From positions 1,152,001-1,216,000 of the forward strand of contig CAXXTU010000002.1 in NCBI GenBank assembly GCA_963662655.2: a DNA stretch of 64,000 bases, read 5' to 3'. The notes beneath the pieces are model-generated. The model worked only from the letters and a program-made list of their open reading frames with translations, made no database searches and was not told where the DNA came from. The DNA is from Candidatus Cloacimonadales bacterium (lineage in GTDB: Bacteria; Cloacimonadota; Cloacimonadia; Cloacimonadales; JAIOQZ01). Shown here in pieces: positions 1 to 12,123 of the stretch. Numbering within the stretch: position 1 is the first letter of the stretch; every line of letters starts with the position of its first letter. Made by a program: the position numbers and the translations under genes.

Positions 1-1170
1 CAGCGCCGGGCGCATGGCGTCCCAGGCAGCGCGCATCTCGGGGATGATCGGCATGAGCTGCCCCGCTTCGATCTGCGCGGCGGAAGTTTTCACTGTGGGG
101 TCGTTTGCAAACTCGGGATCGTTGTACAGCGTTTTGATCGACGGGATCGACTTGAACTCGGTCGCGAAACGTTTCTGAACAGTCTCGGACGTCAGCCAGG
201 TCAGAACCTTCTTCGTGGCTTCCATCACTTCGGGCTTGGTGTTGGAGTTGATCGAGTAGCCGGTGGCAGATACCATTGGGCTGCACCACAATCCCGATTC
301 TTCCACGTAAGGGATCTTCGCAAGGCCGAAATCGACCTCCGGGGACCCCATGTATTTCTGCCACGACCAGTCGCCGTTGATGATCATACCGGCGTTACCC
401 TGGTTGAACATGTTGTCCGCGATGTCGTAATCGCACTCGGGTGGCATAATCTTATAGACGTCGCGCATGTCCTTGATGAGCTTGAACGCCTTCGCCGCCG
501 CAGGTGAATCGAGCTGAGGCTTGTTGTTCTCGTCGAAAACCCTACCGCCGTAACCACCGAAGAACGGAACATACCAGAAAGGTTCCGTGTAATTCCATAC
601 GAGTCCCCACTGGTCGATCACGCCATCGCCGTCGACATCTTTCGTCAGCTTCTGGCCGTACTCGATGAGCTGCTCGATCGTCTCGGGAGGACCGGGTAGT
701 CCCGCCTCGTCAAAAAGTCGTTTATTATAAGGCAAAGCGAGGTGGTTGCCGATGCGGTCGGCGATCTGATAGAGATGCCCTTTATAATGAATCAGGCCGT
801 TGGCCGTGAATTTCTTGAAAAACTCTTCCGGGAAAACCTCTTCAAGGGGCATGATAATACTTCGGTCGCTGTTTTTCAGCTTCATCACCTCAAACGGTCC
901 GATCTGGTCCATGGGACCATACACCAGTTCGGGACCGCCGCCGGTAAATGCCGCCGCCGCCTGATACCCCGTCCTGAGTTCTTCCACGTTCTTGGATAAT
1001 AGTATGACTTCGATATCGGGATTGTCCCTCATGAACTCGTCGACAACATCTTTGAGGAGCGGTCGCTTGTTCGGCTCCATCGTGTGCCAGAGATGGACTT
1101 TGTCTATCGAAACCAGAATTTGCGCTGTAACAAATAGAAATAATAACGTTAATGCTAATGTCTTTCTCAT
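1..1170 (-). CDS. Sugar ABC transporter substrate-binding protein (MalE-like), runs off the left edge
   Basis: Not in ORF track. Manual translation from ATG at 1170: MRKTLALTLLFLFVTAQILVSIDKVHLWHTM...LALPYNKRLFDEAGL...FNQGNAGMIINGDWSW...MPIIPEMRAAW; signal peptide plus SBP family 1 motifs; open to base 1. Confidence 0.85.
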   Translation of the reverse strand, partial: MRKTLALTLLFLFVTAQILVSIDKVHLWHTMEPNKRPLLKDVVDEFMRDNPDIEVILLSKNVEELRTGYQAAAAFTGGGPELVYGPMDQIGPFEVMKLKNSDRSIIMPLEEVFPEEFFKKFTANGLIHYKGHLYQIADRIGNHLALPYNKRLFDEAGLPGPPETIEQLIEYGQKLTKDVDGDGVIDQWGLVWNYTEPFWYVPFFGGYGGRVFDENNKPQLDSPAAAKAFKLIKDMRDVYKIMPPECDYDIADNMFNQGNAGMIINGDWSWQKYMGSPEVDFGLAKIPYVEESGLWCSPMVSATGYSINSNTKPEVMEATKKVLTWLTSETVQKRFATEFKSIPSIKTLYNDPEFANDPTVKTSAAQIEAGQLMPIIPEMRAAWDAMRPAL

Positions 1171-1443
1171 CCTGAACCACCGTCGATTCGTTTTTTGAAT
1201 TCTTATACCTCAAACAAATCCTAATTTATGGAATCGCGTAAATTCGCTGTCAATTTATTTATTTTTCAGCCTGATCGACAATGAACCAGTATAAGTGATT
1301 CAAATGAAAGCAGGATGCCACTATTTAACCTTATGCCAATGCTTTGCAAGTTGACAGGATTGAAGTCTACCACAACACGCTTCGTAAGGATTTGATGAAA
1401 AATAGTCGTGAATTCTTTATTAACAAGCTTCAAGCCGATTCCA

Positions 1444-1571
1444 GCGCGCGAGCAGATTCGTTCGATCCGTTTCCACCGGGGTGTTTCACAGCCTTACCTC
1501 GATACTTACCTTGATTTATAAGGCTGTGGTATATCCCCGGTGGAAACGGATCGGGCGAAGATGCCGTGCGC
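1444..1571 (+). repeat. Structured intergenic hairpin element, family A, copy 1
   Basis: AGCAGATTCGTTCGATC...GGTGTTTCAC...GTGGTATATCC...GATCGGGCGAAGATGC long imperfect inverted repeat; same motifs at 32321 and 42806. Confidence 0.85.
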
Positions 1572-1579
1572 GTCCCGCG

Positions 1580-2485
1580 TTAACCCCGCGGATGATAGAG
1601 CCGGTGCTGCTCGATGATGTGCTGCATGTCGATATTGGTGTAGATTTGCGTTGTGTTGATGCTGACATGCCCCAATAAAAGTTGAACGGTACGGAGATTC
1701 GCACCACCCTCGAGCAAATGCGTCGCAAAGGAGTGCCGGATAATATGCGGATGCAGCTTCTCCCACCAGGCAAAGCCCAGCTTCTTCGCCTCCTCGCGCA
1801 ATATCTTCCAGACTCCCATCCTGCTCAATCCCTTACCGGAGCGATTCAGAAACAGCACGTCCGTTTGCTTCTCTCGCTTGAGCCGGAATCGATACTTGTT
1901 CACATATAATTCAAGATACTTCAGGGACTCCCCTGCTATCGGCACGATGCGCTGCTTGTTCCCTTTTCCGGTTACGCGAAGCACGTGCGATTCCCATATA
2001 ACATCGTGTACGGAAGCTCCAATCACTTCCGATATCCGCAAACCCGTGGCGTACATGAGCTCGAGCATCGCTTTGTTGCGGAGCTGCAAGGGGGTTTCCA
2101 GCGGAAGCGCGTCGAGATACTCGAGAATCTCTTCCTTGGACAGCACTTCGGGGAGTCGTTTGGGCGACTTTATGGGTGGAATGCTCTCGATGTGAAAAGA
2201 TAACGGGACGTCCTCTTCCGCGAGAAACTTGTAAAAGGATACAATCGTGCTTCGCTTTCTGGCAATGCTGGTGAAGGCAAGCCCGATTTCCTGCAAGTAC
2301 ACGAGATGGTTGACAATATGATCGATCGTAGCGTTTTCCACCGGTCGATCCATGTCCTCAAAAAACTGGACGAGATCGTTCGTGTAGCTTTCCAGCGTGT
2401 TGTCGGCAAGCCCCTTCTCGAGCTTCAAGTAGCTCCGAAACTGGTTCAACAGCGCTCTGTTGTGCTTTGACTCGATTCGCTCCAA
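1580..2485 (-). CDS. xerD: Site-specific tyrosine recombinase XerD
   Basis: LRNKAMLELMYATGLRISE, GKGNKQRIVP, HPHIIRHSFATHLL, LLGHVSINTTQIYT, C-terminal YHPRG. Confidence 0.9.
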   Translation of the reverse strand: MERIESKHNRALLNQFRSYLKLEKGLADNTLESYTNDLVQFFEDMDRPVENATIDHIVNHLVYLQEIGLAFTSIARKRSTIVSFYKFLAEEDVPLSFHIESIPPIKSPKRLPEVLSKEEILEYLDALPLETPLQLRNKAMLELMYATGLRISEVIGASVHDVIWESHVLRVTGKGNKQRIVPIAGESLKYLELYVNKYRFRLKREKQTDVLFLNRSGKGLSRMGVWKILREEAKKLGFAWWEKLHPHIIRHSFATHLLEGGANLRTVQLLLGHVSINTTQIYTNIDMQHIIEQHRLYHPRG

Positions 2486-2548
2486 AACGCACTCCCAATC
2501 TCTATCCTGAAAATCCTGACCTATCCCGGGAATCCTGCTTCAGATAAT

Positions 2549-4090
<1,542 letters not shown>

Positions 4091-4195
4091 TTATGGGATT
4101 TTTGTCAAGACGGAAATATTGGCAGTTCGCTAATTTTATCTTTCGCCAGTAAATAGAGCGCTAAAGCTCTCCTCCGGCGATCCGTACGATTGGTT

Positions 4196-6370
4196 TTAAA
4201 GAGGCATGTCAACTTCGTAGAAAAAACCGGCTTCCCAGTTTCTGCCCGGCTCCGGCTGCCCGGAATCGATCTCATAAACCGCATCCAGAAGGTTGTTGAG
4301 CTTTCCATAGAAAACGGGCTGAAGCCATTGGCTACCCGACAGCTTCAAGCAATACTTCGCATCGATATCGAGCACCTCGTACGGATCGAGCGCGCCCATC
4401 ATGTTGTCCAGCGTCGTGTAGCGTTCGCCGATCCTGTTCCAGGATGCGCCAATCGATGCGCCCCAGCTTTCCAGATTCAGCTTGAGGCTTGTCACCGAGA
4501 CCGGTATGCCCGGAACGGTTTTGCCGTAGTGATCCGCATGCGAACCGTCTTCATCGGTGCTTCGATCTTCCGCGAAAGTGCGCTGCCAGCTCCCCGAGAA
4601 ATGCGCAAACGGCACCGGACTCAACATCAGCTCCATCTTGAAATTTCTGACAATCGTCGCGCCAATGTTATCCGGCTTCCAGCCATATACTGATTTATGC
4701 CAGAAAATCAGATCGTCAACCTGCTGATCGCTCCATGTAATCCCAAGATCGATCATTTCCTTGTACCAGCTTGACAGCATAACCTGATACCCGAAACTCT
4801 TTTCAGGCTCGAGATCGGGATTCCCCATCGCCTGTCCCCCGCCTTTCCAGTAGAGGTCGTACAGCGACGGCAAGGAGTATCCGGTCCCGCAATCTGCACC
4901 GACTTTCAAACCGATCGTGTCCTCGCTCTCCAGTTCCAAACCCGCCTTCCAACTGGAGAAGTTCTGGTCGTCCTGCATGTCGGAGTGAACATAGTCGTGC
5001 CGGTAATCCAGGTTGACAGTGGTGAGAAACCAGCGCATATCGATTTCGGATGATATCCGCAAATGGGGTGAAAGGTTCGTTTGTTTGATCGGTTCAACGT
5101 CGCTCCAGTAGGTAATCCGATCCTTGTATTCATATTGTTGGGTTCTCCAGGTAAAGGTCGGCTCCACCTCGAGAAATTCATTAAAGTATATCATCGTCTC
5201 CTGATCCGCGCCATAAGATTCGTAGAAGTTTTCACCTTTCGCAACGGCGGTGAACGCGGTCGATCCCGTGTTGTCGTACAGCGTGTATTCCTTACTGTAG
5301 TGAGGCACCAGGCGGAAATGTGCGACGTCGAAGCGCTTGTCCATATCAAGGGACATCCGCAAGGATCGCCCTTGCAGATTCGCGTCGTCGTACGCCGCGA
5401 TTTGCGTGTATCGACCGATCATCTGCTTGGAGAACTCGCGATATAGAACGCTCAGGCGGTTGCCGAACGGCACGACGGGAATCTCTTGATTCAGCGAGAA
5501 ATCCCAGCTCGAAACGGCATTGTTGATATTCTTCTGGGTTTCACCCTGTTGATCCTTGTACTCGAAGTCCGCCCGATTGTACAGGTGGCTGACGCTGATG
5601 TCCGTCTTGCATATCCAGCTCCAGAGCGAGGCATCCAGCCGGTTCTTTTGTAGGTCGTACGAGCCAGCGCTCTGACTGGTGAGCAGTTTGAGATTGGTCG
5701 TGGACGATTCCATCTCGTCACGCCGGGTTACGATATTCACAATGCCGCCGATGGCGCCGCTTCCGGCAATCGCGCCCGATCCGCCTTCGATGATCTCCAC
5801 CCGTTCGATGATCGAAGCGGGAATGCTGGAGAGGTCGAACGAATTCCCGGAGCTGTTGACGACAACACCGTCGATCATAACTACCGTGTGTTTGGACTTC
5901 TGGCCCTGCAGCGAGACATAACGGCTTTCGCCCGGGAGGCTGCCTCCCGTCATGTACAAGCCTGTCTCTTTTCGGATGATATCCGCGACGTCGGCCGCTT
6001 CGAGCTGCGCCTCTTCCACGACGATGGTTTTCTTTCCGCTGTAATTGGGAAGACGCGGAGAATATCGCATCTCCCGTATCCTCATACCGTCTATTCGAAC
6101 AGCTTCTACGCTCAACACAACCGTTGAATTCTCGGTAAGCTCTTTTATCGTGACACTTTGCGAGAGAAAACCAATTTTTGCGAAAGAAAGGGAATCGGCA
6201 GCAGCGTTGATGGTGAAGTTTCCGTGCATATCCGTATAGACGCCCCTCTCACCGCATGTGACGATGACATTCTCAACAGGTGCCCCGGATTCATTCACCA
6301 CACGGCCGGAGATGGCCGAAACCGTCGTGAAGATTAGCAGTAATATGGAGATGGATAACGCGCGCATCAA
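4196..6370 (-). CDS. TonB-dependent receptor (BtuB/iron-complex type) with N-terminal carboxypeptidase-regulatory-like domain
   Basis: Signal peptide; plug motif VMIDGV...IERVEIIEGGSGA...GAIGGIVNIVT; GNPDLEPEKS; NNLLDAVY...PGRNW. Confidence 0.88.
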   Translation of the reverse strand: MMRALSISILLLIFTTVSAISGRVVNESGAPVENVIVTCGERGVYTDMHGNFTINAAADSLSFAKIGFLSQSVTIKELTENSTVVLSVEAVRIDGMRIREMRYSPRLPNYSGKKTIVVEEAQLEAADVADIIRKETGLYMTGGSLPGESRYVSLQGQKSKHTVVMIDGVVVNSSGNSFDLSSIPASIIERVEIIEGGSGAIAGSGAIGGIVNIVTRRDEMESSTTNLKLLTSQSAGSYDLQKNRLDASLWSWICKTDISVSHLYNRADFEYKDQQGETQKNINNAVSSWDFSLNQEIPVVPFGNRLSVLYREFSKQMIGRYTQIAAYDDANLQGRSLRMSLDMDKRFDVAHFRLVPHYSKEYTLYDNTGSTAFTAVAKGENFYESYGADQETMIYFNEFLEVEPTFTWRTQQYEYKDRITYWSDVEPIKQTNLSPHLRISSEIDMRWFLTTVNLDYRHDYVHSDMQDDQNFSSWKAGLELESEDTIGLKVGADCGTGYSLPSLYDLYWKGGGQAMGNPDLEPEKSFGYQVMLSSWYKEMIDLGITWSDQQVDDLIFWHKSVYGWKPDNIGATIVRNFKMELMLSPVPFAHFSGSWQRTFAEDRSTDEDGSHADHYGKTVPGIPVSVTSLKLNLESWGASIGASWNRIGERYTTLDNMMGALDPYEVLDIDAKYCLKLSGSQWLQPVFYGKLNNLLDAVYEIDSGQPEPGRNWEAGFFYEVDMPL

Positions 6371-7143
6371 TCGATCGGATAGGAAAGCATGGGGTGTCCA
6401 GTGGCGGGATTGCGAACTAGGGGTACTGTTATGCCGAAAACTTCGCGAAGGTTGCTTTCCGTGACAACATCCGCAGGAGAACCGTCCGCAACAAGTTTTC
6501 CTGCTTTCATCAGGAGAATGCGTGGGCAGTAACTGATGGCCAGGTTAATGTTGTGCGAGACAAGAATCACCAGCTTGCCTTCCTCGCGGTTGATCGTGCG
6601 GATCAGTTGCATAATCTCCAACTGGTGGTTGATATCCAGATGGGAGAAACTCTCGTCCATCAGAATGGCGTTCGTGTCCTGCGCCAGGGCTCTCGCGATG
6701 GATACGCGCTGCTGCTCACCACCGCTGAGCTGAGAAAACGGCTGCTTTCGCAGCCCGAGCAGATCGAGTTTCTCGAGGATGGAGTCAACCATCTCCCGAT
6801 CGGCTTTCGTGTAGTCCCGCCAGGTATCCAGGTATGGAAAACGTCCCATCATGACGACATCCTCCACGAGGTAGTCGAATTGCAGATGGAAGTCCTGCGG
6901 AATCAGGGCGAGCTCTCTTGAGAGTTCGTTGCGAGACATCGCGTGGGTGTCTTTACCGTGAAGATAGGCCTTCCCTGCGATGGGATGAATGTGCCGAATG
7001 AGCGTTTTGAGGAGAGTCGATTTGCCGCATCCGTTCGGCCCGATCAGGGCACAGAAGTCGTTTCCATCGAATCCGACGCTGAGCCTGTCGATAACATTTT
7101 TCTCTCCGTATCCTGATGTCAACTCTTCTATTTTCAAATACAT
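6367..7143 (-). CDS. ABC transporter ATPase, iron-siderophore/cobalamin family
   Basis: GPNGCGKST, LSGGEQQRV, LMDESFSHLDINHQ, SHNINLA; overlaps receptor start. Confidence 0.92.
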   Translation of the reverse strand: MYLKIEELTSGYGEKNVIDRLSVGFDGNDFCALIGPNGCGKSTLLKTLIRHIHPIAGKAYLHGKDTHAMSRNELSRELALIPQDFHLQFDYLVEDVVMMGRFPYLDTWRDYTKADREMVDSILEKLDLLGLRKQPFSQLSGGEQQRVSIARALAQDTNAILMDESFSHLDINHQLEIMQLIRTINREEGKLVILVSHNINLAISYCPRILLMKAGKLVADGSPADVVTESNLREVFGITVPLVRNPATGHPMLSYPID

Positions 7144-7160
7144 GTTGATATCGATTTACC

Positions 7161-8135
7161 CTAAAGGGTGATATTATTGTGTTTCAGGTACCATTGACAG
7201 GTCTTTGCGATCTCTTCTTCGATCGTGTACCGCTGAACATAGCCGGCTTCGCGGATTTTCTCGCTGTAATAAAACGTTGCCGTGTTCAGTTTGTACATTC
7301 TCTCGCTGTTGATGGGAAGATCCTTGTTGAGGATTTTGCCCAGGACATCGAATATCTTGCCGACACTGTAGGCGAGTCCGTATGGAATTTTGAAAGCAGG
7401 GTAGCGGAATCCCTTGTTCGAAGCGATGAGCTGCATCAACTGACGGACAGTGATGTATGGCTTGTCGATGCAGTTATAGATTTCGAGGCCCGGCTTGAGC
7501 CTGTCGATGGCGAAGATTATCATATCGATGAAATTCGAGAGCGAAACCATCGATTTCACGTGGCTGCCCTCGTCGATCGTAGCCCAGGGACGCCTGTGGA
7601 GCATGTCGATCAGGTTGTACATGTTCGCGCTGTTATAGGGGCCATAAATGATGGACGGCCTCAGGAAAATGACTTCACGTCCAGGAACTTTCTCCATCCA
7701 TTCCTTCACCGCGTTTTCACCTTCCAGCTTGGATGCGCCGTAATAGTGGTTCGGCCGCAGTTCGCCATCCTCATCACAAGGCTTCACCTGATGGCCGTAT
7801 ACGCCGACGGTGCTTACGTAGATCATCCGGTTAACATTCGTGGCCCAATCGCAAAGCTCTACGGTCGCTTGCAGGTTATTGAGGTAGTACTCTTCCCTCG
7901 TCAACCCGAAATCATGCTTTTCTGCGGCGCAGTGGATGATCAAGTCAAGACTCGATTGATCGATACGACACAAATCTTCCCGGCTGAGCAGATTGCCGAA
8001 AACCGTAGCAGGATGCGATTTAATCGCGCACTCTTTCTTCTTATCTATCCCAACGACCTGATGGCCGAGTTGCTCCAGTTCCCACATGAGTCGGGAACCG
8101 ACGAAGCCGGTAGAGCCAGTTATCAAAACCTTCAT
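7161..8135 (-). CDS. NAD-dependent epimerase/dehydratase (extended SDR)
   Basis: MKVLITGSTGFVG, YGASK (YxxxK), LRPSIIYGP. Confidence 0.9.
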   Translation of the reverse strand: MKVLITGSTGFVGSRLMWELEQLGHQVVGIDKKKECAIKSHPATVFGNLLSREDLCRIDQSSLDLIIHCAAEKHDFGLTREEYYLNNLQATVELCDWATNVNRMIYVSTVGVYGHQVKPCDEDGELRPNHYYGASKLEGENAVKEWMEKVPGREVIFLRPSIIYGPYNSANMYNLIDMLHRRPWATIDEGSHVKSMVSLSNFIDMIIFAIDRLKPGLEIYNCIDKPYITVRQLMQLIASNKGFRYPAFKIPYGLAYSVGKIFDVLGKILNKDLPINSERMYKLNTATFYYSEKIREAGYVQRYTIEEEIAKTCQWYLKHNNITL

Positions 8136-8260
8136 TAACGTATCCTTGCCTGCGATCTGCATGAGTCATGTTTACACACGAATTCAACTCGAACCATTGG
8201 CTGATTTTTGTAATTTTTGTCAACTCTCGATCAATGCAATCTCGCGACAAACATGCATTC

Positions 8261-8466
8261 GTCCACTCGCCGCGCGGCGGGGCGGCGTTGAAAAGCCCTC
8301 ATTCCATTTTCAATCCCGCTCTCAGAATCGGCACCAAGTTCACCCCCGGTCATGCGCTGAAGACTGTTAGGCTTTTCTGAATGCAAGAGTTGTCGCTTGC
8401 GCAACAAGCGACAACTCTTGCATTCGGTGCGCGAAGCGCACACGCCGCCCCGCCGCGCTGGTGGGC
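8261..8466. repeat. REP-like multi-stem element, family B, copy 1
   Basis: 17-bp inverted repeat 8272-8288/8442-8458; GAAAAGCC/GGCTTTTC; perfect 21-bp stem 8379-8399/8405-8425; GTGCGC-GAA-GCGCAC at 8427-8441. Confidence 0.8.
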
Positions 8467-8508
8467 AACATCTTCGAGTCGGTGCCTCGTTTGCTACCGG
8501 AAAACCCG

Positions 8509-9969
8509 TTATTGCTCGACTTCCGAAAACTTATCGACTTGAAAAATGTAGATCTCCGTATCGGGGTCCTTGAATGCGTCGGGTGAAATCCCCGCCTTGT
8601 GCGCGCACAGACTTCCGAGGAAAGTCGGCAAATCCCAACCCGTTTCCGTTGCGACCTGCGGCAGGTATACACCGCTCGCATAGCCTTTACGCACCCACAC
8701 CCCATCGGTTCCCAGGCGTATCGACTGCCAGTCGGAAATCCGCTGCATGGGACTCAGCACCGATATCTCGATGGTTATCCTGTCCAGCTCGGCGGAAGTA
8801 ACCTGCGAGAACCTCGGATCGTGGAACGCTGCGGAGAAAGCCATGTTGTTAACCGCCTGATAAAGGGGTTCTCTGGCAATCATTTGCCCGATACACCCCC
8901 GCAGATTCTGACCCTTGTTCAGCGTAACAAAGACAGCCCGTTCCGCGCACAACTCCTGGTCGTCCGGTCGCTCCGGGTTATGCTTCTTGCCTGTTTTCAT
9001 GTAGGTTTCGATGCTGGTTCGAGCGAGCTTGAGAAGGTATTCCCTCTGCTTGTCGTTCATTGAATGCTCCTCCTGCTTTTTCTGATAAAATACAATCGAG
9101 CTGTAGCCGACTACCCGGCTCGACGAGGTATCACCCACGGCGTCTCCTGAATTCGCGTACTTGAGAAGAGCGCTCTCCTCCGCGCCGTAGTACTTCATGA
9201 TGTCGATGAAGACCATGAGAGAGCTATAACCGCAAAGCTCGCAATCGCCGTTCTCGATCGCGCGCCCCAATTGTTCCCAATCCTTTCCGGTAATCAAATC
9301 GATTGTCCGCCTGTCCATGTTCATCGCGGTTCGATAATCGTGGTAGTGTGACATATCCGAACTCTCGACGATCAATACTCGCTTACCGCTTTGTCGGATC
9401 GCTTCGATAATGGCCGAGGAAAGCTTCTTCAACAGCTTTTTGTCGCGCGTGGAGGTGATGACGGGAACGATCCTGAAATCGTTCAATCGATGCTGCAAGA
9501 ACGGCAACTGCGCATCGTTACTGTGCTCCTTTAGATGCAGCTTTGGCTGACTGACAAAGCGTTTATCGGCGCTTATTATACTTTTAAAGATATCGTTATC
9601 GATAGGTACTTCACCTAAAGGTGTAGAATATGAATCGCAATCATATATGCTTACAATGTCTTCGAGATAATGATGGCTGGATCCAAGTAGAATGACCGTA
9701 TCGAAATCGCCCGGAGAAACCAGCGAATATCCATACGCCGCTACCTGCCCGGAATACACGTATCCCGCATGCGGAGAAAGAATCCCACAGAGCTTTATCG
9801 ATCGAAGCGAATCCGGCAGGTCAGCGTTCGCGAAAAAGCCATCGAGCATATTCGTCAGTTCATCGGGATTATCAGGATACCACATTCCTGCAACCGCTGG
9901 CTTTCGTACCTGGCACGAGAGCAATATAGTGCTCAGTAAAAATGCGATGGCGAGGATTCGATGCTTCAT
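8509..9969 (-). CDS. amrB: AmmeMemoRadiSam protein B (MEMO1) - protein A (AMMECR1) fusion
   Basis: RKPAVAGMWYP, PHAGYVYSG, EHS, SSDMSHY, VVGY (MEMO1) then VFVTL...LRGCIG...DPRF, YLPQVATE (AMMECR1); start MKHRILAI. Confidence 0.92.
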   Translation of the reverse strand: MKHRILAIAFLLSTILLSCQVRKPAVAGMWYPDNPDELTNMLDGFFANADLPDSLRSIKLCGILSPHAGYVYSGQVAAYGYSLVSPGDFDTVILLGSSHHYLEDIVSIYDCDSYSTPLGEVPIDNDIFKSIISADKRFVSQPKLHLKEHSNDAQLPFLQHRLNDFRIVPVITSTRDKKLLKKLSSAIIEAIRQSGKRVLIVESSDMSHYHDYRTAMNMDRRTIDLITGKDWEQLGRAIENGDCELCGYSSLMVFIDIMKYYGAEESALLKYANSGDAVGDTSSSRVVGYSSIVFYQKKQEEHSMNDKQREYLLKLARTSIETYMKTGKKHNPERPDDQELCAERAVFVTLNKGQNLRGCIGQMIAREPLYQAVNNMAFSAAFHDPRFSQVTSAELDRITIEISVLSPMQRISDWQSIRLGTDGVWVRKGYASGVYLPQVATETGWDLPTFLGSLCAHKAGISPDAFKDPDTEIYIFQVDKFSEVEQ

Positions 9970-10021
9970 GGTTACTCCTGATTTGATTTGCGACCAGTAC
10001 AATACGATTGCAAGCTTTTTC

Positions 10022-12118
10022 TCATATTTTCCTCGAGATGACTCCAGAAACAAGCATTGCAACGGTGATCACCAGGCAAAAGACAATTGTCAATCTGATC
10101 CCACCAACCGGAATGAGGAAAAGTCCGGCGCCAAGGCCACCGACCATCGCCCCAAGGCTGTCCAGGTGATAGAACACAGCCGCCGTTTGTTCAACGGAAT
10201 CCATTCGATCGAGGAGGAGCTTGAGATTCGCTCCTTCACAGAACGCGATCGCGAAATTCATGATCAGCAACACAATCACAGGGATAACAGAAGAGGACGT
10301 TAGCAGAATCGACGCTTGCACGATCATGCTCAGGAGCAGCAGACGACGATAGGCTCCCCTGCCAATCGAGACGAGAAAACCCGCGCTGAGTCCAGCCATG
10401 AAAAACGTGGCGAACAACGCGACATACAGATATATCGTTCCATAGCGAGCCTGCAACAGATAGATGAGACAAAGCTGCAAGATGAATGTAATGAAGCTGA
10501 CAAGGAACAGATTGTAGCCAACAAGGTTCTTCCCGGCCCTGCGGAATGCAAAGGCAGGTATCACACTCAACAGCAAGAAAACTGCCAAGAGGAGATATTT
10601 GTATCGTTTACTCCCGCTCGTACCCCATTTTACGCCCAGCTTCTCCAGCCAGATCCCGATGCTCTGGAGATACACCTGAGGATTTGTGATCGAGTTGATG
10701 ATCTTTACCTCTTCAAACTGCGCCATTTGCCCGATTCGCAAATAATTACAACGAGAAAAGATCAGCGCTTCGTTGAAAATCTCCCACTGGGGCGGCAAGC
10801 TCACGCTCCGCGAGACCAGCGTGTCAATCTCACAGGAGATGTAGCGCCCCGGCGAGCCGACGAACAGATTCCTTAATGCCGGGATGATGACATAGTTCGG
10901 GAAAACCTCCGAGAAGGTTTTTTCGAAAATCCGATTCATCTTCGTCTGCGACTCCGTCATCGCGTTTTCGCCATTATCCAGCGCGATAACAATAACTGAA
11001 AGGTTATCTTCCAGCGCATATCTAAATGATTCAATGAATTCGATCGTGTAATATCGATTCAAAGCAAGCGTTTGCGGATCGGACTCATCGACAATTACCA
11101 TGTCGTAGCGCTGCTTTGTATTCCTGATGTATTGCATAGGATCCGCCTGCTGGACGTTGAGCTTGCGGTCATCCATGATCCCTTTCTGGAATCGCTGGGC
11201 AAGCAGCGGATTAACCTCTAAGACATCGATCCGGCCAACGCTTTCGCATAGGGACAATTGATGCGGCAGGCCATTGAACAAATTTCCGATGTAAAGGATC
11301 CTTCCAGGGTTGGGATGCTGCAACAAGCAGAATCCCGCGATTTCCTCCGGATAGCGCTTCTCCCCACTGCTTCCTATGATCTGCCCGTTCAGGTAAATAT
11401 TCTCCTGCCCATTATACCGCGTAACATCCAGTCTTCCGTATGGGGAATCGTCCGTATCCACAATACATTCTGGCTGATATCGATTGGCGTTGATTCGTTG
11501 ATACCCAAAGAACGAAACGCTCGCCACCAGTAAGGCGAAAAGTGCAACCGCCCACCGATAGCGATGAAACGAAGCAAACGCAACGTACAGCCCAACGGCT
11601 AACGTTATTCCAATAAGCAGCAACTGCTGAGTAACAATCTGAATCCCTGCAATAAACAGTATACCCCCCGTGGCAAATCCAAGGCTTTCAAGCAGATATC
11701 CCCGGCGAATGACACGTTTGAGATCGCTCTCGCTGATGGCTTGCTTACGGCAGAGTAGCGGAAACAGTATTCCACTCAAGATACAAGTTGGCAGCATGAC
11801 GATCGTTACAAGCAGGAAAATCGCAGGAATATCCAGTAATTCACCCGTGACGGGTTGCATCAGGGTAGAGATCGGGCGAATGAGAATAAACGTCCCCTGC
11901 ACAGCAAGCATGAGCAGAAGGAAAACCGGGCCGGTATATCGTTGGGTCTTGCCGAAGATACGCACACGTGACAACACGGATCCAGCGGCCACAAAGCCGA
12001 GCCACAGGGACAGCATCACCGTCAGGATCATCTCATTGCCACCTGTGCAGCTCATCAATTCACGAATGAATACCGTTTGAGCAAGGAAGGTAATCAGGCC
12101 AAGCTGGAAAAAGGGCAT
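10022..12118 (-). CDS. Multi-pass membrane protein with spermidine-synthase-like (SAM-methyltransferase fold) central domain
   Basis: N- and C-terminal TM blocks (QTVFIREL...GGNE; YHLDSLGAMVGG); centre DSPYGRL...QADPMQYI...YDMVIVDESDP...NRYYTIEF; start MPFFQLG. Confidence 0.75.
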   Translation of the reverse strand: MPFFQLGLITFLAQTVFIRELMSCTGGNEMILTVMLSLWLGFVAAGSVLSRVRIFGKTQRYTGPVFLLLMLAVQGTFILIRPISTLMQPVTGELLDIPAIFLLVTIVMLPTCILSGILFPLLCRKQAISESDLKRVIRRGYLLESLGFATGGILFIAGIQIVTQQLLLIGITLAVGLYVAFASFHRYRWAVALFALLVASVSFFGYQRINANRYQPECIVDTDDSPYGRLDVTRYNGQENIYLNGQIIGSSGEKRYPEEIAGFCLLQHPNPGRILYIGNLFNGLPHQLSLCESVGRIDVLEVNPLLAQRFQKGIMDDRKLNVQQADPMQYIRNTKQRYDMVIVDESDPQTLALNRYYTIEFIESFRYALEDNLSVIVIALDNGENAMTESQTKMNRIFEKTFSEVFPNYVIIPALRNLFVGSPGRYISCEIDTLVSRSVSLPPQWEIFNEALIFSRCNYLRIGQMAQFEEVKIINSITNPQVYLQSIGIWLEKLGVKWGTSGSKRYKYLLLAVFLLLSVIPAFAFRRAGKNLVGYNLFLVSFITFILQLCLIYLLQARYGTIYLYVALFATFFMAGLSAGFLVSIGRGAYRRLLLLSMIVQASILLTSSSVIPVIVLLIMNFAIAFCEGANLKLLLDRMDSVEQTAAVFYHLDSLGAMVGGLGAGLFLIPVGGIRLTIVFCLVITVAMLVSGVISRKI

Positions 12119-12123
12119 CTCAC

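Noticed and set aside
1444..1571. 6S RNA, SRP RNA or dif site
   Set aside because: No central 6S bubble, SRP loop motif or 11-6-11 dif consensus; the element is multi-copy
1444..2485. Integron (IntI plus attC) or prophage integrase reading of xerD and its adjacent hairpin
   Set aside because: The protein has XerD features and no obvious IntI-specific insertion; the hairpin lacks RYYYAAC/GTTRRRY ends; no cassette array or phage genes
8170..8500. Cobalamin riboswitch upstream of the TonB/ABC genes
   Set aside because: B12-box motifs not found on the minus strand; the structure is explained by repeat family B
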